Shown here piece by piece: positions 37,925 through 47,461 of a stretch of 64,000 nucleotides of DNA. The translations under genes were made by a program, and so were the position numbers. The notes beneath the pieces are model-generated. The model did not search any database. It saw only the letters and a program-made list of their open reading frames with translations, and was not told the DNA's origin. Source of the DNA: Ignavibacteria bacterium (GTDB taxonomy: Bacteria; Bacteroidota; Ignavibacteria; Kapaibacteriales; UBA4661); the NCBI GenBank assembly GCA_013298775.1, contig JAAFIV010000008.1, forward strand, positions 31,028 through 95,027, read 5' to 3'. Numbering within the stretch: position 1 is the first letter of the stretch; every line of letters starts with the position of its first letter.

Positions 37925-40443
37925 CGTTGAAGGGAGAGAAGCAAGGAATGGGTATGATTTGGCGTTTGAACAACCAGAACATACGCACCTTCGGGGACAT
38001 CTGCAAGAGAAAAGCGGCGTTCATGCGTGCCAAACGTAAATTTCTCTCCTGCAATGAGACGTTTGTAAATTCTACCAAATTTATCCTGCAACCACGCATT
38101 GACGCTGGTTTCCGCGCTTGTATTGCCATCCACTGTTAAGCGGAGTGTGCAATTATCATTTGTCGGGTTTGGATAGCTCCAAAGGCTGATATTTACTTGC
38201 TCCCGAGCTTTTTGTTCTTGAACGTATTGCTCTTGCGTGTTCTGTTCTTTTGCTTCGTGTATCCCAAGTTCATTGCCAAGCGTTGCGGAGGTAGAAAAGA
38301 AGCCAGGCGGCACGTTTGAGATGCGGAAGGAAGCATTTGTTTCCAATTCAAACTGTACCCCGTTGATGCGCTTGCCACTCGGCGTGAGGCAAAATGCGTT
38401 TTCGAGCGCAATGACGCTCGTTGCGGTGCTTGGATGCAACAAGCCCAGCATTCGGAGCGTGCCAATGGAGCTTGTTTGCACGTTCAAGGCGGGCGTTTGC
38501 CACGAGCATTGCACACGACGAATAAACGCGCTTGTACTACTTGTTTGCGCAATTATACCTGGTTGCACCGATGGAGATGGCGCGAGAACACGACCATCCA
38601 TGCGCACGGTGAAAGTAAGCGTCGTTGCGCCGACATCGCGCAAGGAACGAAGCAGATTCGTGGCGGTAAAGCGCATGTCGAAGGGGCGAGCGTGGTTTGC
38701 TTGATACGAACCCGTTGAAAGGCGCACCCGTACTGGTGTTTGAATAAAATTGAGCGTGTCGGAAAGAAGCACACAGCCTTGCTCGTTTTGAATCTGCACG
38801 GCGTACACACCACTTTGTGCGGGTGAGAATTCGTAACCAAATTCTTGTCCCGTGAAAGAACCATTGCGATTCAAACGAACCCAGTAATATTGCTGACTTG
38901 AAGCCACACGATTCATTACGCCAAGATAATTTCCAATTTGTCGAATTTCTGGCTTGACTGGCGGCGGAAACATCTGTACGTCCACCACATTCGATTCGGT
39001 CATACAACCATTGGCAAAGGCGCGTACTTGGTAGCGTCCGGGCGCGTCGAAGACGTAGCGTTCCGAAACGGTGCCAGTGGTAACAACGCCATTGACAACC
39101 CATTCGTAGCGGTCGAAATCGGGCGAGGTTTGGAGCAAGATGTAATCGCGTCCGTCGGGGAAATTGCAAAAACGATTCGTGCGGTCGCCGCGACTATTGC
39201 TTGGGTTCAGCACTAATGTCACAGCACTGGTCGAGCGCACCGTTGCAACGGATTCGCCAATACAGCCGTTATTATCCACCACCACAAGACGGTAGTCGCC
39301 TTCGGGAGCAATGGCAGTGCTGCTTGTGCTAATCGTGCGCCCCGTCGCAAGATTCGTCCACAGATACGCAGCAAAGCGTTCAGAGGAAGCGGTCAATCGC
39401 GCACCGTCGCCAGAACAATACGCCCGCAAGCCGCGTATTTCCAAGCGCGGACCAACGCTGAGAACGGTTGCAATGGTCGTTCCAGCAGGTAAAACGCCAC
39501 AGAGCGAGGGAATATCCCGCAAAACACGGAGGCGGTACAATTCAGTTTGGTTAATGGGGTCGTTGAATTGAAACGTAAAAACACTGTCAAACGCATCCAC
39601 CGCAAAGCTGCTGCTCGCGATACCGAAGCGTTGTGCAGAAACAAGCGTTATCGGACGCTCAACACCGCGCTCGCTTTCAAAGCGAAAGGCTTGCGGAACA
39701 ACACTACTGACACGCACGAGGTCGGAAAACTTCACCGTGATAGTATTGGTGAGGCATACACGCGAGGCAACCGATATAGAGCTAACATTGACTTCTGGCT
39801 GCACAACAACGTCTGGCGAGGATGAAAAGCCTAAATCCAGCACAAAACCTGTACGATGATTGCTCGGATTCATCACGAACACCAAGTATTCTTCGCCTTC
39901 GCGGACGTTTGGAATCGTCGGGGTAAAGTTGGGATTGAGTATGCCGCGCTCATCAATGACGACACCAGACGCGCCCGTCAAGCCGCCGCGTGGACTGGTA
40001 TTACACAGAATCGGCGCACCAAGCGTGCCACAGCGTGTGGAATCGGTAAGGCGAAATATCGCCCAATCATAGTTTGCTTCAGTATCGGTGCGCCCAGAGC
40101 TGGTGAGCGGACGCAGCATAAAACCAAGATTTCCGGAATTATGAATGCGGATTTTGTACCACACCGCGTTCCGAATCTGCGCCGTTGCTGTGCTGGAAAC
40201 ACAGGGCAGAGCGGGAGCAGTTTCCGTCAGGAAGGTAGAATCGGTGCGGGTTTGGATAGATTCAATTTGGCACAATAAAATTGGGTCGGCACAACGCGAA
40301 CCAAGCGCAGGCGGCTGCGTGGTAGCAGTGGTGCTTGTTTGAGCAAATACCATTACCCCATACGCAGTATGCACCAGCACCGCAAGGCAGCACCAGCAAA
40401 TAATGCAAAAAATCCGAAAAGTATGCAGCGTGAAACGAGGCAT
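37921..40443 (-). CDS. Secreted protein with T9SS type A C-terminal sorting domain
   Basis: Signal peptide, Cys-containing N-terminal domain (CADPILLC, NYDWAIF, ILCN), Ig-like repeats, C-terminal SYPNP...FGR...GAYVLVV. Confidence 0.8.
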   Translation of the reverse strand: MPRFTLHTFRIFCIICWCCLAVLVHTAYGVMVFAQTSTTATTQPPALGSRCADPILLCQIESIQTRTDSTFLTETAPALPCVSSTATAQIRNAVWYKIRIHNSGNLGFMLRPLTSSGRTDTEANYDWAIFRLTDSTRCGTLGAPILCNTSPRGGLTGASGVVIDERGILNPNFTPTIPNVREGEEYLVFVMNPSNHRTGFVLDLGFSSSPDVVVQPEVNVSSISVASRVCLTNTITVKFSDLVRVSSVVPQAFRFESERGVERPITLVSAQRFGIASSSFAVDAFDSVFTFQFNDPINQTELYRLRVLRDIPSLCGVLPAGTTIATVLSVGPRLEIRGLRAYCSGDGARLTASSERFAAYLWTNLATGRTISTSSTAIAPEGDYRLVVVDNNGCIGESVATVRSTSAVTLVLNPSNSRGDRTNRFCNFPDGRDYILLQTSPDFDRYEWVVNGVVTTGTVSERYVFDAPGRYQVRAFANGCMTESNVVDVQMFPPPVKPEIRQIGNYLGVMNRVASSQQYYWVRLNRNGSFTGQEFGYEFSPAQSGVYAVQIQNEQGCVLLSDTLNFIQTPVRVRLSTGSYQANHARPFDMRFTATNLLRSLRDVGATTLTFTVRMDGRVLAPSPSVQPGIIAQTSSTSAFIRRVQCSWQTPALNVQTSSIGTLRMLGLLHPSTATSVIALENAFCLTPSGKRINGVQFELETNASFRISNVPPGFFSTSATLGNELGIHEAKEQNTQEQYVQEQKAREQVNISLWSYPNPTNDNCTLRLTVDGNTSAETSVNAWLQDKFGRIYKRLIAGEKFTFGTHERRFSLADVPEGAYVLVVQTPNHTHSLLLSLQR

Positions 40444-41094
40444 GAAAGCGATAAAAAATTACAAAAATTGGTCTCGGTGTATGATAGGCGGTTCAGATAT
40501 GTGATGATTGTTTTGATGCAAAAGATTATTCAAAATATTAATGCCAATTAAAAGTTAGTCTAAATAGTTGATTTTTATGACACTGATTTAACTAATAAAA
40601 ATGATTTTCACAGATACATGATGTGAAATGATACAAAAGAAATCTTTTCAAATCATTATTCTTCAATCAGTTATCAGCTTTATCGGTTCAATCATTTTAA
40701 TCAGTGTCAAAAACTATCTTTTTAATTCGCATTATTATTCAAAAAACCCTGATAATCTGGTCAATCTGAAATCCGCATACCGTCGAAGATAAGCTCCTCC
40801 GAGTTTGCTCAAAATCTATGCCAAAGCACGGATTTTTCAAGCATTTGGCGCGAAAGCACGAAGCAAAGGACAAAGCAAAGTACGAAGCGAAATTCCACAA
40901 CGCACATTCTGTCCTGCTTTCTCGTATAACTTTCTCATATAGCAAACATAAGAAAAGGTCGGTAACAAGCAAATTTTTCTCGATACTCGCTTCTTGGCGA
41001 GCTGTGTAAACATGTGTAAAAACGGGACACTGCCCTTCATTCTCAAAGGAAAGCGTTTCAGAATGAGAAGAATGCTGTGTGCGAAGAGGAATTA

Positions 41095-41256
41095 GGACTT
41101 TCGCAAAATGGCAATCTTACGACACAGACAAAAGTGTCTGTGCTACCGAAGCCCCCGTGAAATCTGAGTGTATTGGCAGCACAGACACTCCTATCTGCGG
41201 CATTTGCGAAAGTCTAAAAAGAATCTAAAGAGAATCTAAAGAGAATCTAAAGAGAA
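41095..41256. repeat. REPIN with outer IR followed by an 11-bp tandem repeat x4
   Basis: ggactttcgcaaa...REP...REP...tttgcgaaagtct, then tctaaa(a/g)agaa x4 at 41213-41256. Confidence 0.85.
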
Positions 41257-41415
41257 AGAATTACCGCTCTTGAATTCAAGGCTGGCAAATTCAGAACTTT
41301 TTTTGTAGATTGTTGTCCGAATATATTTCGACCAATTTCGGTAAGAAACACCAACCGTTTTTTACGCATACCACCCAGTCCGACCTTGCCGATATCTCCA
41401 CTCTAAGGCTTACGA

Positions 41416-42267
41416 ATGAATACCTCTTCGGTACAGCAAGAACAAAGCACTCCTTCTCCTCTGCCCGCTAATGCAGAGCGTATTGCTGCATTTTCTTCTG
41501 AAATAGAACGTACCGAAACAGAAAGCACCCAAGCAGAAAACACCAATACCGAGACTAATACTGAGACTAGGATTGAAGAAACCACAAGCAAAGTACGCAT
41601 AGAAGACCTCAGCGATGAGCAACTTCTTGCCCGCCGACGTGCCTTCGAGCGAGAAGCAGTGCCATATATGGATGCTGTGTACCATTTTGCCTACAATCTC
41701 ACGGGCAATGGCGATGATGCCAGCGACCTCTTGCAAGAAACCTTTCTCAAAGCCTTCCGCTTTTTCGATTCCTTCCAGCAAGGAACGAATTGCAAAGCAT
41801 GGTTGTTTCAGATTTCAAAGAATTCCTTCATCAACCGCTATCGTAAGCAAACACGCGAGCCAGACAAAGTTCGGTACGATGAAATTGAAGAATACTACGA
41901 AACCCTTCGCCCCGTCAATGTTGATGCAAATAATCTTGAAGAACACTTATTCAATAATTTGCTGGATGATGAAGTAACCGCAGCATTGCAGCATTTACCC
42001 GAAGCCTTTCGTACGGTTTTGATACTGAGCGATATTGAAAGCCTCACCTACGAAGAGATTGCGGAAGTGCTGGATTGTCCTATCGGAACGGTGCGCTCGC
42101 GGCTGCATAGAGCGCGAAAAATGGTGCGCGATGAGCTTCTTGACTACGCAAAATCGAAAGGATTTTCTTCCACAGGCACAAATACTGAGACAAACACCGC
42201 AAGCACCAAGAAAAACAAAGCACATTCAAGCAATATAGCCACCGATTTTACCGATACATCACCATAG
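41416..42267 (+). CDS. ECF sigma-70 factor (SigH/SigR-like)
   Basis: FEREAVPYMDAVYHFA, DASDLLQETFLKA, AWLFQISKNSFINRYRK, YEEIAEVLDCPIGTVRSRLHRAR. Confidence 0.93.
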   Translation: MNTSSVQQEQSTPSPLPANAERIAAFSSEIERTETESTQAENTNTETNTETRIEETTSKVRIEDLSDEQLLARRRAFEREAVPYMDAVYHFAYNLTGNGDDASDLLQETFLKAFRFFDSFQQGTNCKAWLFQISKNSFINRYRKQTREPDKVRYDEIEEYYETLRPVNVDANNLEEHLFNNLLDDEVTAALQHLPEAFRTVLILSDIESLTYEEIAEVLDCPIGTVRSRLHRARKMVRDELLDYAKSKGFSSTGTNTETNTASTKKNKAHSSNIATDFTDTSP

Positions 42268-42355
42268 CGTTGTCCAGTTGTCATACGCTTGCGCAGTCCA
42301 TCATTGCTTAATTCCCATTATGGTTGTGGACACAATACATTGGCATCTCGTGGCT

Positions 42356-42422
42356 TGAGACAAGAGTGTCTGTGCTACTGATAAACACTGGCTTCGGCAC
42401 AAGCAGACACTCTTGTCTGCTC
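42356..42422. repeat. Degenerate REP doublet between the sigma and anti-sigma genes
   Basis: tgagacaagagtgtctgtgctac...aagcagacactcttgtctgctc. Confidence 0.7.
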
Positions 42423-42497
42423 AATGTAACGTAATTATGTCCACAACCTTACGGTTCTTGATTTCTTTTCACCACGTTCGCACACCACATTTCCGCC

Positions 42498-43613
42498 ATG
42501 GCAAATGTTTCCCCACAATTTTCCGAAGACTCCCTCAGCGCATTCTTGGATAATGCGATAGAGACGCAGGAGCAGCACACCGCTATTGAGCAGACACTTC
42601 GCTCGAATGCGGCTCTGAATGCGGAATATCACTCCCTGAGAGCTGTAAAACAGCTTTTAGGCGAGCGTGCAGGAATCTTGCGCGGGTACGCTCCCGCCGA
42701 AGCACGGCATAAAACCTTGCTCAAATTGGAACAAGAACTGACGCATCTCAGCACAATGGCACGCTTACGAGACACAGAGAACGCCCAACGTTCAAATGGA
42801 ACTCATTCACGTTCAAACGTCCACTCGCTGCAAGGCGCAACAAATGTGAAAAATGGCAATGCTCACAAGAGCAAGAATACTATCCTCCACCTCGTGCCGT
42901 TTTCCGAAATGACGGGCGATGCCTCCTCGTTGCGGCGACAGCAGTTCTGGGAACGGCGCGGTTTGTTGCTTGCAGCAGTGCTTGTGCTTACTGTGGGTCT
43001 TACCTTCATGCGGCTTCTCACAGGACTTTCCGCGTCGTCGCATTCTTCGGCACATTCGCTTGCAACAAGCACAGGAAATACAGGAAATATTGATGCACGC
43101 CTTGTACAATGCCGCCTAGTGGAAGAATCATTGAGCAATTACGATGCCGTTGTGCGTGGGAAAATCAAGCTCCAATATGCAAGTTCCTCATTTCAAGCAG
43201 TGGATAGTTTCTTCCAAGCGCAAGGCGTGGAATGTAAGCTCGTGAATCCTCGCATTAAGGACGCACGCTTGCTTGGCGGCGTGGTTTCGGAGGAAAATGG
43301 GAAGAAATCTGCTCATCTCGTGTTTGCTCATAAAGGACAAACCGATGCAAAAGAAGAATTGATGTATATGTGGGAAATTGAAGAAACTCCAGCAACAATA
43401 CGCCATGCGGCAATTTCCCCGCAAGCATGGCAAATGCTTCAATCTGGCGAATGGCTCTGGAACACTTCTTTTTGGGAGACAAAAGAAGAACATACGCAAA
43501 CCCCGCGAGCAACCGTCGTGTATTGGGAAGATGAAACCGTGAAGGCGCACCGTACACTATGCGCCGTTGTCAGCGCAATGCCTCGTGCGCAGATGCAAGC
43601 CCTTTTTCAGTAA
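42498..43613 (+). CDS. Putative membrane-anchored anti-sigma factor
   Basis: N-terminal LSAFLD...helical anti-sigma-like domain, single TM (LLLAAVLVLTVGLTF), C-terminal periplasmic domain; lies directly after the ECF sigma. Confidence 0.7.
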   Translation: MANVSPQFSEDSLSAFLDNAIETQEQHTAIEQTLRSNAALNAEYHSLRAVKQLLGERAGILRGYAPAEARHKTLLKLEQELTHLSTMARLRDTENAQRSNGTHSRSNVHSLQGATNVKNGNAHKSKNTILHLVPFSEMTGDASSLRRQQFWERRGLLLAAVLVLTVGLTFMRLLTGLSASSHSSAHSLATSTGNTGNIDARLVQCRLVEESLSNYDAVVRGKIKLQYASSSFQAVDSFFQAQGVECKLVNPRIKDARLLGGVVSEENGKKSAHLVFAHKGQTDAKEELMYMWEIEETPATIRHAAISPQAWQMLQSGEWLWNTSFWETKEEHTQTPRATVVYWEDETVKAHRTLCAVVSAMPRAQMQALFQ

Positions 43614-43658
43614 GTACATGATTCTTACATGAAGCAATGATAATGAAAAGGTAAGCTA

Positions 43659-43749
43659 GGAACGCAGATTTGAGGATTGAAAGGATGTTGAAGATAAAGA
43701 AAAGTCCTCGAAATCCTGAGAGTCTGGGACCTCATCCGCGTTCCAAATA
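43659..43749. repeat. About 90-bp palindromic element (GGAACGCAGAT...ATCYGCGTTCC), copy 1
   Basis: Terminal IR; its reverse complement aligns along its length with 46380-46467. Confidence 0.8.
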
Positions 43750-43824
43750 ATCGTTTCGTAAGTTAAGAATCGTGTAGTACGTTTCCCATCATTCATTCTC
43801 ATTGTTGCACCTTCTCAACAACGC

Positions 43825-44499
43825 ATGAATACTTCGTTCCCACCTTTTGCGAGCATCATCATTGATTTTGACAGTACGATTGTACAGGTAGAATCGCTGG
43901 AAGACCTTGCTGCAATTGCCCTGCGAGGCTGCAACGACCGCGAAGAGCGCGTCCGTGCTATCACCGACCTCACCAATCAAGCTATGGCGGGAACTCTCCG
44001 CTTCGACGAAGCCTTATCGCGCAGAGTACCGCTTCTGGGTGCAAAACGAGAACACCTTGCAGAATTGGTGCGGGTTTTGGATGGTAAAATCACTCCTTCT
44101 TTGAAACAACATTCTCATTTTATCCGTTCAAACGCCGAGAGAATCTACGTAGTCTCTGGTGGATTCAAAGAATTTATTTGCCCCGTTGTCGAGAAACTTG
44201 GCTTTCTGCCCAAAAACGTGTACGCGAATAAATTTATTTTTAATGAGCAGGACGAAATTATTGCCGCGAATACGGAAAATTTCCTTTCACAAGAAGACGG
44301 CAAAACCAAGCTCCTGCGCCACTTGCAGCTTCCTCGTCCCCGTGTTATTATCGGCGATGGTTTTAGCGATTATCAGCTCAAAGCAAGCGGCGAAGCGGAA
44401 ATGTTTTACGCGCTCACAGAGAATATCTTCCGCGATACCGTTGCCGCCCATGCAGACCGCATCCTTACGAGCTTCGATGAACTTCCTTCGATTGTGTAA
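43825..44499 (+). CDS. serB: HAD-IB phosphoserine phosphatase-like protein
   Basis: DFDSTIVQVESLEDLA, TNQAMAG, FDEALSRRV, VVSGGF, IIGDGFSD. Confidence 0.8.
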   Translation: MNTSFPPFASIIIDFDSTIVQVESLEDLAAIALRGCNDREERVRAITDLTNQAMAGTLRFDEALSRRVPLLGAKREHLAELVRVLDGKITPSLKQHSHFIRSNAERIYVVSGGFKEFICPVVEKLGFLPKNVYANKFIFNEQDEIIAANTENFLSQEDGKTKLLRHLQLPRPRVIIGDGFSDYQLKASGEAEMFYALTENIFRDTVAAHADRILTSFDELPSIV

Positions 44500-44568
44500 T
44501 TTCAATTGCCCAAGCAGCTTGATTTCCCAAGAAATTCTGTTCTCTCTTGTTCATTTTCCCCTGTTCCA

Positions 44569-45075
44569 ATGAAGATATCCTCTCCTCTTTACCTTGCTGT
44601 ATTTGCTCTTTTCTCCAGCATTGGTGCGGCTTCCGCCTATGCAGAACAAACACCTCGTTTGAATAGAGACACCATCAATGTGAGAGTGGTAAAAGTTACC
44701 GATGCCGATACCTACAAGGTGCAATACCGTACATACCGCATATTTCCTATCCGCTTGCGTATGCCCATTCCCACCGATACCGTTGATACCTTCGACCGCA
44801 ATGTTCGTCGTGCAAAGAAGCAAGCAGCACGTTTGGGTATTAGCCTTGATTCTGTGCGGGTTTTAGCGGTACAAGCAACAGCTTTTACTGATTCTGTTCT
44901 CAAAGCGAATAAGTATCAAGTAAAAATTATTCATTACCCCGACCAAAACGTCCCCGCGAAAGATGTGTCGTTCAATCGCCTATTGCGTGGCGTGGTTGTT
45001 GATGGAAAGCATCTCGGAACATTGCTGCGTGAGCGGGGATTCACGGTGGAATCGCGCTTGAATACTGGGAAATAA
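44569..45075 (+). CDS. Secreted thermonuclease (SNase)-like protein
   Basis: Signal peptide, VVKVTDADT, IRL...DTVD, FNRLLRGVVVDG...LLRERG. Confidence 0.65.
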   Translation: MKISSPLYLAVFALFSSIGAASAYAEQTPRLNRDTINVRVVKVTDADTYKVQYRTYRIFPIRLRMPIPTDTVDTFDRNVRRAKKQAARLGISLDSVRVLAVQATAFTDSVLKANKYQVKIIHYPDQNVPAKDVSFNRLLRGVVVDGKHLGTLLRERGFTVESRLNTGK

Positions 45076-45110
45076 GAAAGCGAACATCTTGCAGAACGCG
45101 TAAAATCCTG

Positions 45111-45118
45111 TATATTTG
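45111..45118 (+). promoter_or_regulatory. Candidate -33/-7 promoter
   Basis: TTG at 45089-45091 and TATATTTG at 45111-45118, with a 19-bp spacer, upstream of the lipoprotein gene. Confidence 0.45.
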
Positions 45119-45232
45119 TGGCATTCTGTTTTTAACAATTGCTGCTCATGGTCAAAACATACGTCCAAAAATGTGTCCAATAATCCTCTTTTTTACACTT
45201 CATTCTGTTCACGTATGCAAAAGATAATTCCG

Positions 45233-46309
45233 ATGCAAACCCGCATTATTCCTGCATTTGCATCATCATTACCAAGAGCTTTTGTTGCTCTTTTCGTTGC
45301 TGTTCTTTTTGGTGCGCTCTCGTCCTGTGCAACCATTTCTGGCTATAAAGAATACACGGTACATTTAACCTCCGTCCCAGAAAAAGCGGATGTGAAAGTT
45401 ACGGACGAGCGTGGAAAAGTCGTCTTTACGGGGCAAACGCCTACGTATGTGAATTTGCCAACGTCTGCTGGATATTTTCAAGGAAAATATTATACCGCAA
45501 CCTTCACCAAAGAAGGTTCTGCGCCTATTTCAGCGTATTTGCAGCATGAAGTAACGGGCTTGTACATTGTTGGAAATAGCTTGTCATTTGGCGCACTGGG
45601 CTGGCTCCTCGCCGACCCAATTTCTGGTGGCATGTGGCGATTACCCACAAATGTAGAAGTGAAACTCGGCGAAGCAAAAACAAATGCTCCCGCAACGCCA
45701 CAGACTGGCGCACAGACTGGTGTACAGACTGGTGTCCCAACAAGTACAGAAGCAAGCACGACATCTCAAGATACCGTCATAAAACCCTCACCAACACGTG
45801 CTTGGGGACGTATTTCGCTTGGTTCAAATATCCCCATTGGCTCGGAAACGCTGAATAGTGCGTTGGGTGCAACAAGTAATATTATGCTCTACTACGAGGT
45901 TTTACCACGTTTCGCGCTTGGATATGGCTTTGAATCCACAACTTTTCAGAATTTTGCGACAACACAAGTGCAAACAACAGGTGGAATCACGACAACACGT
46001 GTTCCTCTGCCAACCTTTGGCGGCGGGCTTTCGGGGTCAATGATGTACCGATTCCAAGAGTCGCCACTTGCTTCGCCATATCTTTCCCTCAGCGCAACAG
46101 CAGGTTTGGCGTTTTCTTTTCTTCCGTCGCTGTATTGGAATGCCTCCGCAATGGGCGGCTATCAGTGGATGCTCGGCGATTTTTTGGTCTTTGCTGAAGC
46201 AGGTGCGCTCAATCTTCAAGGACAAAACTTTATCACGATTTCGGGTATTTCCTCAACGTACCAAGCCGTGATGCTGCAAGGGCGCGTGGGCGTAAATTTC
46301 TGGTTTTAA
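45233..46309 (+). CDS. Lipoprotein with PEGA-like domain fused to a C-terminal beta-barrel-like domain
   Basis: Lipobox LSSC; TSVPEKADV...GQTP...GYF...Y; Thr/Gln-rich linker; amphipathic strands ending GRVGVNFWF. Confidence 0.65.
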   Translation: MQTRIIPAFASSLPRAFVALFVAVLFGALSSCATISGYKEYTVHLTSVPEKADVKVTDERGKVVFTGQTPTYVNLPTSAGYFQGKYYTATFTKEGSAPISAYLQHEVTGLYIVGNSLSFGALGWLLADPISGGMWRLPTNVEVKLGEAKTNAPATPQTGAQTGVQTGVPTSTEASTTSQDTVIKPSPTRAWGRISLGSNIPIGSETLNSALGATSNIMLYYEVLPRFALGYGFESTTFQNFATTQVQTTGGITTTRVPLPTFGGGLSGSMMYRFQESPLASPYLSLSATAGLAFSFLPSLYWNASAMGGYQWMLGDFLVFAEAGALNLQGQNFITISGISSTYQAVMLQGRVGVNFWF

Positions 46310-46379
46310 GAGCCTCAAGAGAAATCAAGACTTTTGGAATGAAGAGTTGTAGTACAGAATTCTTGAATGAAGCAATGAC

Positions 46380-46467
46380 TATTTGGAACGCAGATGAAGC
46401 CCAGACTCTCAGGATTTTGAGGACTTTTTTATCCCCTCAATTCTCGAAATCCTCAAATCTGCGTTCT
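46380..46467. repeat. About 90-bp palindromic element, copy 2 (inverted relative to copy 1)
   Basis: tatttggaacgcagatgaagcccagactctcaggattttgaggac...aatcctcaaatctgcgttct. Confidence 0.8.
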
Positions 46468-46552
46468 TTGCTCGCATTGTTCATTATCACTGCGTAATGC
46501 AAGAATCATGTATGTAGAATCAACAGTTTTCAGCATTCACACGAATAAAAAC

Positions 46553-46795
46553 ATGATTCAATTCACTGCCAAAGAAAAAGCCTCCATGACCGAAAAACTC
46601 AGGGAATACGCGGGTCGGGAATGGGAACAGGAACTCGGACGCTTTGAAGCAGAAGCCTTTTTGGAATTTCTCGAACAGGAAATTGGCGCGTACTACTACA
46701 ATCGTGGTATTTTCGATGCGCAAACGATTGTTGCCGACCGCGTAACAGACATCCAAGATGCAATTGGAAACCTCGAAAAGCCCACTGAACGCTAG
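46553..46795 (+). CDS. DUF2164 family protein
   Basis: LREY...ELGRFEAEAFLEFLEQEIGAYYYNRGIFDAQ. Confidence 0.85.
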   Translation: MIQFTAKEKASMTEKLREYAGREWEQELGRFEAEAFLEFLEQEIGAYYYNRGIFDAQTIVADRVTDIQDAIGNLEKPTER

Positions 46796-46888
46796 GTTCT
46801 GGGCTGTTTTGAGGTTTGCAATTGCACTTTTTACCTCGCATATTCAATGTATCATTTTCACTCTCTTCTACCACCATTTTACCAAACC

Positions 46889-47377
46889 ATGTTTCAACTC
46901 GACGAATCCCTCACCGCGCTTGATAAAACCTCGTTTTACAAAGAGCTACACGTCCAAACCGAGCATTTGCTTTATGGCGAGCGCGATATGATTGCCAATC
47001 TCGCCAACGTCGCATCGTTGCTGTATCATTCCTTTTCGGAGGTCAATTGGGCGGGCTTCTACTTGTGGAAAGAAAATGAGCTGGTGCTTGGTCCGTTCAA
47101 TGGCAAGCCAGCGTGCGTGCGTATTGCATCGGGACGAGGTGTGTGCGGTGCAGCCGTAGAGCGGCGTGCAACAGTTGTTGTGGAAGATGTGGAAGCGTTT
47201 CCGGGTCATATCGCGTGCGATTCCGCTTCGCGCTCGGAAATTGTTATTCCGCTTCTGCACAATGGCGCGTTGTTAGGCGTGTTGGATATTGATAGTCCCG
47301 TTCATAGCCGTTTTGATAATGATGACAAGCAAGGTTTAGAGCGGCTTGTGGAGATTGTGCTGGCTAGTTTTGTGTAA
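46889..47377 (+). CDS. msrC: GAF-domain free methionine-R-sulfoxide reductase
   Basis: ANLANVASLL, NWAGFY, GPFNGKPACVRIASGRGVCG, HIACDSASRSEIVIP, LDIDSP. Confidence 0.9.
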   Translation: MFQLDESLTALDKTSFYKELHVQTEHLLYGERDMIANLANVASLLYHSFSEVNWAGFYLWKENELVLGPFNGKPACVRIASGRGVCGAAVERRATVVVEDVEAFPGHIACDSASRSEIVIPLLHNGALLGVLDIDSPVHSRFDNDDKQGLERLVEIVLASFV

Positions 47378-47398
47378 TAAATATACCCCAAGCATTAT

Positions 47399-47430
47399 CC
47401 CGCCGGTCGAACCCTTCGCCGTCCGGCGGG
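47399..47430. terminator. GC-rich hairpin between convergent msrC and ygfZ; same family as 50716-50769
   Basis: cccgccgg...gccgtccggcggg. Confidence 0.5.
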
Positions 47431-47461
47431 TGCCTCTGGAAATCTACTCTGACTGGAAAAC

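Noticed and set aside
40818-41009. 63-aa ORF with KHEAKDKAKYEAK
   Set aside because: The periodicity comes from a degenerate short DNA repeat; there is no clear RBS or family match.
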